Below, piece after piece: positions 45,027 through 53,649 of a stretch of 64,000 bases of DNA. The position numbers and the translations under genes were made by a program. Each line of letters opens with the position of its first letter. Within the stretch, counting starts at the first letter, position 1. Source of the stretch: Acidimicrobiia bacterium (GTDB lineage: Bacteria > Actinomycetota > Acidimicrobiia > Acidimicrobiales > JANYDT01); assembly GCA_031429095.1 (NCBI GenBank), contig JANOYY010000037.1, positions 74,593 to 138,592 of the forward strand, written 5' to 3'. A model generated the notes under the pieces. That model made no database searches. It was not told the DNA's origin and saw nothing but the letters and a program-made list of their open reading frames with translations.

Positions 45027-46090
45027 GGTTTCGCAACTTCCCAGCGGGCGAACACCTTGTTTGAGTTGAAGCAATGCGTCTCGATGAAGTTGTGTTCGAC
45101 AGGTGCTCCGAGCCCGAGTTCGCGTGCCGCCCCGCAGAGCGCAAACCAGTTGAGAACCTCTTGTTGCCCGGCGTCTTCGATTTGCGATGTGGACGTCCTT
45201 TCCCAGGTCGCCCAATCGCCTGCCGCTAACGCTTCGTAAAGCCGTCGATCGTTTGCGATATCAGGTTCGATTCGCCACGTTTTGTCGGTAAGGAAGGCGT
45301 GTGACCATGACGAGGACGCAACGAGGGCGATCCGCCAAGGACTATCGAGAAGCGCCCGAGCAACCGCTCCTCCGACATCCATCAATCGTCGCGGCGATGG
45401 AGACGGCGGGTCGAGGTCCATTGTTTCGCCGAACGGCTTGGCAAACCCACGAGCTGCGATGACTCGTCGCCCGTAGCAGTTAATAGGCATACATACTAGT
45501 GGCCAGGGGAACCCGTCTGAGTCGTACCGTCGGTCGTAGTCAAGGAACAGCTGAGTGTTGAGAAATGCATGGGCCAAACCGTTGAAGTGAAGGGGTTGAT
45601 ATGCGTACGAGACATCGAAACCGTTGTCGAGGAGATTCTCGGCCAACCAACGAGCAATATCGGGCCGACCCTTCACCGTGAACGCCTTATCTTTGGGCTC
45701 GCCCCACACATTGGGCCACGGATATTTTTCCCATGGCCGCGACTCGATGTCACCATAAGCCAGGAGCGCATAGGGCGGAATAATGTCCTCACGGAAGTTT
45801 TCGTACTGATCGTCACCCCATACAAGAATCGCATCTGGATTGAACGCTTCAATCGCCGCGTGAGACCTTTCAAAGCCATCCAACAGCGACGCCCGATGGC
45901 CGGCCGCTGAGGATCGTGCCTCGTCTGGACCCCATTCGGCTTGAGCGTCGGGGGACCAATTACTCGGATTCGTGAACTCGGGTGGGATCGCAGGGTCCTG
46001 AAGTGTGTTCCGGAGCAATGCTGCCATCATGTCGTCAGTGGTGGCGAGCAGAGGGTAGTGCGTCATGCCGAGGAGGAGGAGATCAGACAT
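45023..46090 (-). CDS. Class III (LigB-type) extradiol ring-cleavage dioxygenase-like protein
   Basis: 'LLLGMTHYP', 'PDAILVWGDDQYENF' and 'SSSWSHAFL' resemble the LigB/DODA family pattern. The call is tentative. Confidence 0.55.
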   Translation of the reverse strand: MSDLLLLGMTHYPLLATTDDMMAALLRNTLQDPAIPPEFTNPSNWSPDAQAEWGPDEARSSAAGHRASLLDGFERSHAAIEAFNPDAILVWGDDQYENFREDIIPPYALLAYGDIESRPWEKYPWPNVWGEPKDKAFTVKGRPDIARWLAENLLDNGFDVSYAYQPLHFNGLAHAFLNTQLFLDYDRRYDSDGFPWPLVCMPINCYGRRVIAARGFAKPFGETMDLDPPSPSPRRLMDVGGAVARALLDSPWRIALVASSSWSHAFLTDKTWRIEPDIANDRRLYEALAAGDWATWERTSTSQIEDAGQQEVLNWFALCGAARELGLGAPVEHNFIETHCFNSNKVFARWEVAKP

Positions 46091-46843
46091 TTATTGCTCC
46101 TGTGCGGATTGTGATTTCGGACGTGCCTGGGCGAGAAAGTCAACCTGAGCGGTTTGGCCCGCCAAAGTGAAGGTGCGAGCAAATGCGTTGATGGTGTGAA
46201 TGAACGTTTCCAGTTCGACACCACCGAGAATCATCGGCGCACTTACCATTAAGGCGCCGAGAACCCGGTTCTGCCGATTTCGAACCGGAACTGCGACTGC
46301 CGTCCGTCCAGGCTCATCACTGCCGTGGTCCACGACGAAACCTGCGGTGAGGAATTGGTTCTGGCGCGCCGTAGGCTTTGCTGCATTGAACGCAAGGAGC
46401 ACGCGTCCCCCGACGCATCGATTCGCTGGAATCCGTTCCCCGAGTTTCAACATTGGAGAGTTGCTTTTGCGTAGGCGGGCGGCTTGAACCACGATCACGT
46501 CGGCCCCCACCTTTTCCAGCAGGCCGACGTCGCCACCGGACAGTTCGCGAAGGTCCTCCATGAACGGCTGAAGAGTTTCACGGATCTTCGGCGGATAGTG
46601 CAGGTTGCCGAGCTCGAACAGCGTCGGTCCAAGACGAAATCGAGCGTTCACTCGGCTCAACGCTCCAACCTCGACCAACTGGTTGGCCAGCCGGTGAACA
46701 GTCGTTCGAGGCAAGCCGGTACGTCGGGCGAGCTCACTCACCCCGAGAACATGTTGGGATCGGAACGCCCCGAGTATGTGAAACGTCCGTTCGACCAATG
46801 CGGGCGGATCTGGCTTGACCGTCGGTGCCGGACCGCTCGTCAT
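46091..46843 (-). CDS. IclR-family transcriptional regulator
   Basis: The N-terminal wHTH 'ERTFHILGAFRSQHVLGVSELARRTGLPRTTVHRLANQL' is followed by an IclR effector domain. Confidence 0.85.
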   Translation of the reverse strand: MTSGPAPTVKPDPPALVERTFHILGAFRSQHVLGVSELARRTGLPRTTVHRLANQLVEVGALSRVNARFRLGPTLFELGNLHYPPKIRETLQPFMEDLRELSGGDVGLLEKVGADVIVVQAARLRKSNSPMLKLGERIPANRCVGGRVLLAFNAAKPTARQNQFLTAGFVVDHGSDEPGRTAVAVPVRNRQNRVLGALMVSAPMILGGVELETFIHTINAFARTFTLAGQTAQVDFLAQARPKSQSAQEQ

Positions 46844-47880
46844 CGGGAGTTCTCAACCCCAAGGAACCGAAAGCCGTTTGCCCCTTTCATCGCAGATCCT
46901 TCCTGGGCGGTGCAGCAACCCATTTCGACGGCGCTGTCCAGGACCTCGGTCGGTGCGCCCCATGCCGGCGGGTAGAACGGAAAGTCGCTGCCGAGAAACA
47001 GATGGTCGGCACCGAATCGAGAAATCAGAAGTGCGAGATGGTCCGGATCGAACACGAGGGTGTCCGCCCATAACAGTCCCAACAACTCTGCAAACCCGCT
47101 CATCTGTCGTTCGAAGGAGTCGGGGGGCGTTCCGAGCGTTGCGCCTCGGGCCAGTCTCGGGAATGCCCACGCGAACGATCCGCACCCGTGAGCCAAACCG
47201 ACGCGAAGGCCCGGGCATTCCTCGAGTACTCCGCCGAATACCAATGCACTTGCCGCCATCGCTGTATCCGTAAGCATCCCAAGGCCGAACTCGTGTGGCT
47301 GACCTTTTCGCCGAATCGCTCCGAGACTGTCGGTCGGGTGAATGAACAGCGCGACGCCCAACTCTGCGGCGGCGGCAAAGAACGGGCGCAGTGCGGTGTC
47401 ATCGAGTTCTCGTCCGTTCGCTTCCGTTCCGATTTCGACACCTTTCGCGCCCAACGAAAGCGCCCGTTCCATTTCGGTGATCGCGGCGTCGCAATCTTGA
47501 AGAGGAACCGTACCCAGCCACAGGAATCTGTCCGGCGCGATGGACGCTGCTGCCGCGAACAGGTCGTTCTGAGCGCGTGCGAAATCGGTCGCAAGCTTCG
47601 GTTCGGCCCAGGTGGTCAACGTCACGGGTACCGGAGACAACACCTGGACGTCGACGTCAGCGGCGTTCATCGCCTCAAGCCTCGCGGCTGGATCCCAACA
47701 CGTTTGCGCAACGAGACGAAATACCTCGTTACCTCGCATAATCCGCGCCTGACTGTCGGCGGCGATGTGAAGCGAAGGCCATCGGGAATCTCCGGTTAGC
47801 GCAGCAAGGTCGGTCAACCCGGCCGGAAAGAAGTGGGTGTGAACATCGACGGTCGCTTGTGTTCTCGGCTCGATGTGCAT
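46840..47880 (-). CDS. Amidohydrolase-2 family enzyme (ACMSD/LigW-type decarboxylase or hydratase)
   Basis: 'VDVHTHFFP' metal motif, 'LFIHP' and 'GSDFPF' are present. The start is trimmed to ATG 47880; the listed 505-aa version has an Arg/Pro-rich non-homologous extension. Confidence 0.8.
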   Translation of the reverse strand: MHIEPRTQATVDVHTHFFPAGLTDLAALTGDSRWPSLHIAADSQARIMRGNEVFRLVAQTCWDPAARLEAMNAADVDVQVLSPVPVTLTTWAEPKLATDFARAQNDLFAAAASIAPDRFLWLGTVPLQDCDAAITEMERALSLGAKGVEIGTEANGRELDDTALRPFFAAAAELGVALFIHPTDSLGAIRRKGQPHEFGLGMLTDTAMAASALVFGGVLEECPGLRVGLAHGCGSFAWAFPRLARGATLGTPPDSFERQMSGFAELLGLLWADTLVFDPDHLALLISRFGADHLFLGSDFPFYPPAWGAPTEVLDSAVEMGCCTAQEGSAMKGANGFRFLGVENSR

Positions 47881-47922
47881 GCGTAAGACCACCACGAAAT
47901 GGAGGTCGACGACAACTCCGAT

Positions 47923-47939
47923 GTCCGCTGAGCGGAACA
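47923..47939 (-). promoter_or_regulatory. 17-bp operator-like motif (copy 2; minus strand reads TGTTCCGCTCAGCGGAC), upstream of the amidohydrolase-IclR-dioxygenase-SDR operon
   Basis: It matches 42512-42528 exactly, in the same orientation relative to the downstream gene, and lies 43-59 nt upstream of ATG 47880. Confidence 0.45.
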
Positions 47940-48017
47940 ATGGCTTGTTTGACCAGACAGCGCAACGGATGCTCCAGTCGTGAGGAAGCCGCTGAGTTTG
48001 TCTCGTAAAGGAGTTCT

Positions 48018-49138
48018 GTGTTCGATCTTGATGTGAGCGATGATCGCGTTGCGGTCGCTGGCCTTGGCCGTGGGATCGGCCTTGACGTGTTGTCTCCTGC
48101 CGCCCGTGCGGCCGAGCAGGCGCGGGTGATACCCGTGGACGTGACTCAGACGTTGTGGGACACAGGTCTGACGGTCCTCGTGGACGAACAGTACGGAGGA
48201 GGCGGGATTGCATCCATCGGTACTCATATGCTGGCGATAGAGGCGCTCTCCTACGGCGATCCCGGTCTCGCGATGGCTGGGCCGGTGCCGGCGCAATCTT
48301 GGTTGGTCGCTGTGGTTCCCCCGTCCAAGCTCTTGCGCTATTGCCCGCTTTGGGCACCGACTCGACGAAGGCAAGTGCGGTCGCCCTCTACGAGGGTTTT
48401 GGGCGTGCACCCTCTGAGTCGGCCACAACCATTTCGCAGCAACCCGATGGCCGGTGGCGCGTCCAAGGGAAAAAGTTGAGCGTCGCCAACGCCGACCGAG
48501 CGGAATCGTTGATTGTGGTCGGGGTCGATCCTGCAGACGCGCAGTTGCGCGCAGCGCTCTTCGCCGGAAACAATCGCCATGCCGGTGTCACTGCGACGCC
48601 GGACGACATAGGAATCGCGCTCGGCGCGGCCTCTCTGTTCACCGTCAGCGTCGACGCCACGATCGAGGAGTCTGAGCTCCTCGGCGGACCGTCGGCTGAT
48701 CCTGCGAAGCTTGAAGTGGTGGTTGGCTGGTTCCGCCTCATGGTCGCTGCCGCCCAGTGTGGAACCGCCCAACGAGCAACGGACTATGCGGCCAAGTATG
48801 CGACAGAACGCGTTGCCTTCGGCAAGCCGATAGCCACGTTCCAAGGTGTGTCGTTCATGCTGGCCGATTCGTCGATCCGCATCGGAGCCGCCCGACTCGA
48901 AATGCTCGATGTTGCTGCACACCTCGATGCGAATTGGTCCGGAACCGAAGCGATGGTGTCGAGGGCCGTCAATTACTGCAGCGTGGTCGGCACGAACGCA
49001 ACGCGCGACGCTCTTCAAGTACTCGGCGGACACGGTTTCATCACCGACCATCCCATAGAGCTCTGGTACCGAAGCTCGGCGGCATTGTCGGTCCTCGACC
49101 ACGATCCGCTCCTGTCAAACTTCGAACCGGCACTGTGA
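48018..49138 (+). pseudogene. Acyl-CoA dehydrogenase-fold gene (beta/non-catalytic type) interrupted by a frameshift near 48276-48300
   Basis: The N-terminal ACAD domain is in the frame of GTG 48018 (AAGGAG upstream), up to '...EALSYGDPGLAMA'. The remainder ('GAGAILVGRCGSPVQALALLPAL...' through the C-terminal helical domain) is in the frame of ORF 48155..49138. Together they give about 373 aa. Confidence 0.6.
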
Positions 49139-49145
49139 GGCCGAG

Positions 49146-50390
49146 ATGAACATCGCCAACGACACCCTCCCAAAGAGCAACACGCTGTTTGAACTCGGAC
49201 CCGAACTTCAGGAGTACGGCAAGACACTCGCCGCATGGTCGGTTGCCAACGTCCGTCCCCACGCCCGACTCGCTGATGAGAACCATGCGCCTCCCGACAA
49301 TTGGAGGGAAATCCTCGATTCCTGTCCCGTCGCAATCAGTCGCCGCGATCGACACGCCAAACCCCTTCCCGAATTCAGCGATGGACGCTGGGTTCGCGAT
49401 CTTGTTACAACCGAAGCGCTGACGTATGGCGATCTCTGGGTGAACGACGTCCAGGGCTCGGGAATCGGTCACCTCACGGTGAAGATCATGGGTACCGAAG
49501 AGCAGATCGAACGCTGGTATCGTCCCATCGTCGATCGCGGTGGCCAGGCCGCCTTTGCCCTGACCGAGCCGGGCTTCGGGTCGGACACGTCGATGGTCTC
49601 CACGACCGCGACGCGCGATGGCGACACCTGGGTGATCAACGGAACGAAGATGTACTGCTCCGGCGGTGCAACGTGCGAGTACGTGGTCGTATTTGCCAAT
49701 GTTGACAAGTCACTCGGCGCGTCGGGGATCAAGGCCTTCGTGGTCGAAAGCGCAACACCGGGAATGATCATTGCGAAACGCAACGAAGACAAGCTTGGTA
49801 TTCGCTCGTGGCAAACCACCGAGCTGCTTTTTGATGGATGCGTCATTCCGGTCGACCACATGCTGGGTTGGATCGGCGACCGCGGCGAGGGCACATCGGA
49901 GAAGGGGCAACCAACGACACAGAGCGGACGAGGCGGTGCACTCGGCGCCCTTGCGCAGAACAAGCCGAACATCTCCGCAATGGGACTCGGAATCGCGCAA
50001 GCGTCCATCGATGTGACGCGTGATCGATTGTCACCACTGCGTGACTTGTTCACCGGCGCCCGTTGGGCCAAGATCAGCAACGAACTCGACCAGATGGATG
50101 ATGCGCTGCATCGCGTCCGACGGGTGAACTGGGGGGCGCAATCGCTTCTGGACCGTGGAATCGCGAACAAGAGCGAAGCGTCAGTTTCGAAAGCCTACGG
50201 TCCACCCACATTTGAACGAGTCATACGACGTTGCATGCAGCTGAACGGGCCGGAGGGTGCGAGCCGGGAGCTGCTCTTGGAAAAATGGTATCGAGATGCC
50301 AAGATCCTCGACATATTCGAGGGTTCTGCTCAGGTGCAACGAATCATCATCGGTCGTACATTGATGGGGGCCGAGTCCGGAAGGGGCTGA
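49146..50390 (+). CDS. Acyl-CoA dehydrogenase (catalytic type)
   Basis: 'FALTEPGFGSDTS', 'WVINGTKMYCSGG' and the C-terminal 'IFEGSAQVQR' (catalytic Glu position) are present. Confidence 0.85.
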   Translation: MNIANDTLPKSNTLFELGPELQEYGKTLAAWSVANVRPHARLADENHAPPDNWREILDSCPVAISRRDRHAKPLPEFSDGRWVRDLVTTEALTYGDLWVNDVQGSGIGHLTVKIMGTEEQIERWYRPIVDRGGQAAFALTEPGFGSDTSMVSTTATRDGDTWVINGTKMYCSGGATCEYVVVFANVDKSLGASGIKAFVVESATPGMIIAKRNEDKLGIRSWQTTELLFDGCVIPVDHMLGWIGDRGEGTSEKGQPTTQSGRGGALGALAQNKPNISAMGLGIAQASIDVTRDRLSPLRDLFTGARWAKISNELDQMDDALHRVRRVNWGAQSLLDRGIANKSEASVSKAYGPPTFERVIRRCMQLNGPEGASRELLLEKWYRDAKILDIFEGSAQVQRIIIGRTLMGAESGRG

Positions 50391-50392
50391 TT

Positions 50393-51787
50393 GTGACAAC
50401 AACGGAATCTCCCATCCCCGATCTGGGTCGGGCGACCGGTCAGACCGGGACGACCCAGAGCCGGTTCATCGTTGATGATCGCGACACGCCGCGTTTTCGC
50501 GTTCATCGGTCATCGATGCGCGATCCCGAGATCTTGGAGATCGAACGTCGCTCGATCTTCGACAAGACGTGGCTCTTCGTTGGACATGAGACGGAAATCG
50601 AAAACCCGCATGACTTTCGCACTCGAAATGTGGGCGGGCGGCCAATCATCTTTCAGCGGACGACCGAAGGTGCCGTGAAGGTCTTCGTGAATTCGTGCCC
50701 GCATCGGGGGATGCAGATCGAAACGCGTGGTGAGGGACACGGTCGGTTCTTGAAGTGCTTCTACCACGGGTGGTCGTTTAATACTTCGGGCGATCTCGTG
50801 GCGCTTCCCGGGGAAGACAGCTACGGCGAAAACTTCGATCGGCATAATCTGTGTCTCGTTCAGCCGGCCAGGGTGGAATCGTATCGGGGGTTCGTGTTTT
50901 TGAGTTGGTCGGCCGATGTCGCTGATCTCATTACCCACCTCGCAGGTGCTGCCGACGTGATTGATCTGTTCGCAGATCAATCCGAAGTTGGGATGAAGGT
51001 TATTGGTGGCTCGCACCTTTACGCGGCGAAAGCGAACTGGAAACTGTTGAGCGAGAACAGCTACGACGGATATCACGCAATGACAACTCATCACCGGTAT
51101 CTTGCGATGTTGAAGGAATCGGGAAAGGATCTCGGGATGGTATTCCGAGCCGGGTCAGCTCCGAACATCGGGTATGACCTTGGGAACGGGCACGCAGTTA
51201 TTGGCGGTGCCGATGCAACCGGCGGCCGCAACACAGGGCTGGGACGAGATATCTCTGGACCAATTCTGGAGAAGCAACTGGCGCGGCGCAATCGGCTCGC
51301 CAAAATCTACGGGCCCGACTGGACGAATCGGATGTTCTCCGGGCGCAACCTGGTGATCTTTCCGAACCTCGCCCTCGTGGACCTAATCATGGGAATTACT
51401 ATTCGTACGTACTATCCTGTGACGCCCGACTACATGGAGGTGACCGCTTGGAGCCTGCAACCCAAAGACGATGAGCCCGAACTTCGTCAGATGCGACAGG
51501 AAAATTTTCTCACCTTCTGGGGGCCAGCAGGGCTCGCAACGCCCGACGACATCGAAGCGCTGGAACGGTGTCAACGCGGGTTCGTGGCCTCCGACATTGC
51601 CCCATGGAATGACATCTCCCGGGGCATGGGGCGAGATCCGAAGATCTTTACCGACGAACTGCAGATGCGAACGTTTTGGCGCGAGTGGGATCGACGTATG
51701 ACCGGAACCGTTCACCCACCCGAAGTTGTTCGGATGGGTCGGATGGGACGAGTTGCGCTGCCCGGCCAAACGCACGAGGACGTCTGA
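50393..51787 (+). CDS. Rieske non-heme iron aromatic ring-hydroxylating oxygenase, alpha subunit
   Basis: It has the Rieske motif C-x-H-x17-C-x2-H ('CPHRG...KCFYHGW') and the mononuclear iron region 'NSYDGYHAMTTHHRY'. GTG 50393 is 2 nt after the ACAD stop. Confidence 0.85.
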   Translation: MTTTESPIPDLGRATGQTGTTQSRFIVDDRDTPRFRVHRSSMRDPEILEIERRSIFDKTWLFVGHETEIENPHDFRTRNVGGRPIIFQRTTEGAVKVFVNSCPHRGMQIETRGEGHGRFLKCFYHGWSFNTSGDLVALPGEDSYGENFDRHNLCLVQPARVESYRGFVFLSWSADVADLITHLAGAADVIDLFADQSEVGMKVIGGSHLYAAKANWKLLSENSYDGYHAMTTHHRYLAMLKESGKDLGMVFRAGSAPNIGYDLGNGHAVIGGADATGGRNTGLGRDISGPILEKQLARRNRLAKIYGPDWTNRMFSGRNLVIFPNLALVDLIMGITIRTYYPVTPDYMEVTAWSLQPKDDEPELRQMRQENFLTFWGPAGLATPDDIEALERCQRGFVASDIAPWNDISRGMGRDPKIFTDELQMRTFWREWDRRMTGTVHPPEVVRMGRMGRVALPGQTHEDV

Positions 51788-52347
51788 TGGCTTCGGTCTC
51801 ATCGGGTGAGGGCGTCGGCCACGGTGGCGTCGCCGAAGGGGTCGTGACGCCAGTCGTGTGGGGTGATGCCGCCCTTCTTCACGACGTCACACAGTTTTTG
51901 TTCTACGAGTCCGAGTTACTCGACGGATGGCGTCTTCATGAATGGTTCGCCCTGTTTACGCCCGACTGCCAGTACCTGGTTCCCTCGACCGATCGGCCCG
52001 ACGGCAACGCGGACGTGGACTTGTTCTTCGTTCGTGACGATTGGTTCCTCCTTTCGCAGCGTGTGGCGGCGATCATGGACGGAACCGCATGGACCGAGTC
52101 GCCCCGCTCGATTACCAAGCGACTCATCAGTAACATACGTGCACATAATAACGAGGATGGGACGATAAGTGCGCGGTTCAACTTTCTTGTGAGTCGATCG
52201 ACGATGTCGGCGCTCGATTTCTATCCCGGCGAATGCCAGCTTTCATTGGTTCGTGGAGGCCACGCCGGGTTTGAAATCAAACTCCGTCGATCCACGCTTG
52301 CCCTCGCTCAGCTTCGACCTCACGGTCGCGTGAGCGTCCTCCTCTAA
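51787..52347 (+). CDS. Ring-hydroxylating oxygenase beta subunit (NTF2/SnoaL-like fold)
   Basis: 'FLFYESELLDGWRLHEWFALFTPDCQY' and 'RHNFLV'-type segments are typical of RHO beta subunits. The ATG overlaps the alpha-subunit stop (TGATG). Confidence 0.8.
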   Translation: MASVSSGEGVGHGGVAEGVVTPVVWGDAALLHDVTQFLFYESELLDGWRLHEWFALFTPDCQYLVPSTDRPDGNADVDLFFVRDDWFLLSQRVAAIMDGTAWTESPRSITKRLISNIRAHNNEDGTISARFNFLVSRSTMSALDFYPGECQLSLVRGGHAGFEIKLRRSTLALAQLRPHGRVSVLL

Positions 52348-52382
52348 CGCTTCGTCAATTCACTCGCCTCAAGGGAATCACT

Positions 52383-53123
52383 ATGGATCTTGGAATTGCC
52401 GGCAAACGCGCGGCTGTCGCGGCAGCATCTGCGGGCCTCGGGTATGCAGCGGCGAAAGCCTTGGCGGACGAAGGGGTTGGGGTCGCGATATGCGGCCGCG
52501 ACGAGGATCGGATACAGGCCGCAGCCAAGTCGATTGGTCACGGCGCGATTGCGATTGTGGCCGATGTGTCGAATGCCGACGGAGCGACTGCGTTCATCGA
52601 CCAGGCCCGCGAAGCACTTGGTGGCATTGACATTCTCGTAGCCAATGGCGGCGGCCCTCCGACCGGCACGTTTGCGACCACCGACCTCGACGCGTATCGC
52701 AAGGCTTTCGAAGGCAATGCTATTGCCACGATTGCGATGTGTCAGGCCGCTATCCCGGAGATGCAGGAACGAAGGTGGGGCCGTGTTGTCGCGATTACTT
52801 CCGTCGTGGTGAAGATGCCGGCCCAGTATCTGATCTTGTCGAACACGGCGCGCGCTGGCCTCACGGCGTTCTTGAAGACGACGGCTCTCGCCGTCGCAGC
52901 CGACGGTGTCACCGTAAACTCGGCCATGCCCGGCTCCCACGCCACAGACCGCATCAAGCACCTCTACGGTGATACGCCCGACGTGAGCAACATTCCCGTT
53001 CGTGCACTGGGCCGCCCTGAGGACTTCGGCGCAACAGTTGCCTTCTTGTGCGGCGATCAGGCCCGCTACATCACCGGTTCCGCGCTCGCGCTCGATGGGG
53101 GTGCTTACCCGGGCCTCTTCTAA
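52383..53123 (+). CDS. SDR-family oxidoreductase (possible dihydrodiol dehydrogenase by context)
   Basis: It has a Rossmann N-terminus, 'LVANGGG', and SDR length and pattern. The functional suggestion comes from context only. Confidence 0.8.
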   Translation: MDLGIAGKRAAVAAASAGLGYAAAKALADEGVGVAICGRDEDRIQAAAKSIGHGAIAIVADVSNADGATAFIDQAREALGGIDILVANGGGPPTGTFATTDLDAYRKAFEGNAIATIAMCQAAIPEMQERRWGRVVAITSVVVKMPAQYLILSNTARAGLTAFLKTTALAVAADGVTVNSAMPGSHATDRIKHLYGDTPDVSNIPVRALGRPEDFGATVAFLCGDQARYITGSALALDGGAYPGLF

Positions 53124-53129
53124 AAGGGC

Positions 53130-53162
53130 CCATGGGCAGCGCACGCAACGCAGCGCCCATGG
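53130..53162. terminator. Hairpin CCATGGGC-N17-GCCCATGG between convergent SDR and rhodanese genes
   Basis: An 8-bp perfect inverted repeat sits in a 62-nt convergent intergenic region. No clear T-tract is present. Confidence 0.3.
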
Positions 53163-53185
53163 AATGCAGCGTCGGCAGCCTCTGT

Positions 53186-53611
53186 TTACAGCAGATCGGT
53201 CCGAATTCCGACCTCATCGGCTTGCGGAGCCACGAGCCGAAGCTGTGCCGCACTCCACGCCTGAACGCCACCGATCAGGTCGGTGGCGCGATGAAACCCG
53301 AGGAGCTGCAGCGAGACGGCCGCAAGACTCGATGAGAATCCTTCGTTGCACACGACCACGAGGAGCTGATTGTGGTTTGTGATCTGGGGGAGACGCAACG
53401 GGGCATCAAGGGCCACCCGCCACTCCAGCACCGTGCGCGGCGTGTGAATCGAACCAGGTATGCACCCATAGGTCACCCGATCCGTCGGCGTTCGGGTGTC
53501 GAGGACGATTGCGTTGCCATGCGTCATCTCGTGTGCGAGCTGGTGCGCATTGACTCGAACCAGCTGGTTTCGTGCAGCCGAAAGCATTTCCTGCAAAGTC
53601 ACAAGAAACAC
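53186..53611 (-). CDS. Rhodanese-domain sulfurtransferase-like protein
   Basis: 'VLDTRTP...GCIPGSIH' and the active-site loop 'VVVCNEGFSS' are present. Start is either GTG 53611 or ATG 53587. Confidence 0.75.
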   Translation of the reverse strand: MFLVTLQEMLSAARNQLVRVNAHQLAHEMTHGNAIVLDTRTPTDRVTYGCIPGSIHTPRTVLEWRVALDAPLRLPQITNHNQLLVVVCNEGFSSSLAAVSLQLLGFHRATDLIGGVQAWSAAQLRLVAPQADEVGIRTDLL

Positions 53612-53649
53612 CGTACTTCAGCCCTTTTTTTGAGCCAGACTCTTTAGCC

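Noticed and set aside
48270-48300. Programmed -1 ribosomal frameshift in the ACAD gene.
   Set aside because: No X_XXY_YYZ slippery heptamer or downstream pseudoknot or stem is evident at the junction. A sequencing or assembly indel or a pseudogene is more parsimonious (reported as a finding in that sense).
47881-48357. N-terminal extension of the amidohydrolase ORF (505-aa version).
   Set aside because: The extension is Arg/Pro/Gln-rich, non-homologous and overlaps the ACAD gene start region. The metal motif 'VDVHTHFFP' lies only 10 aa after ATG 47880, as in family members.
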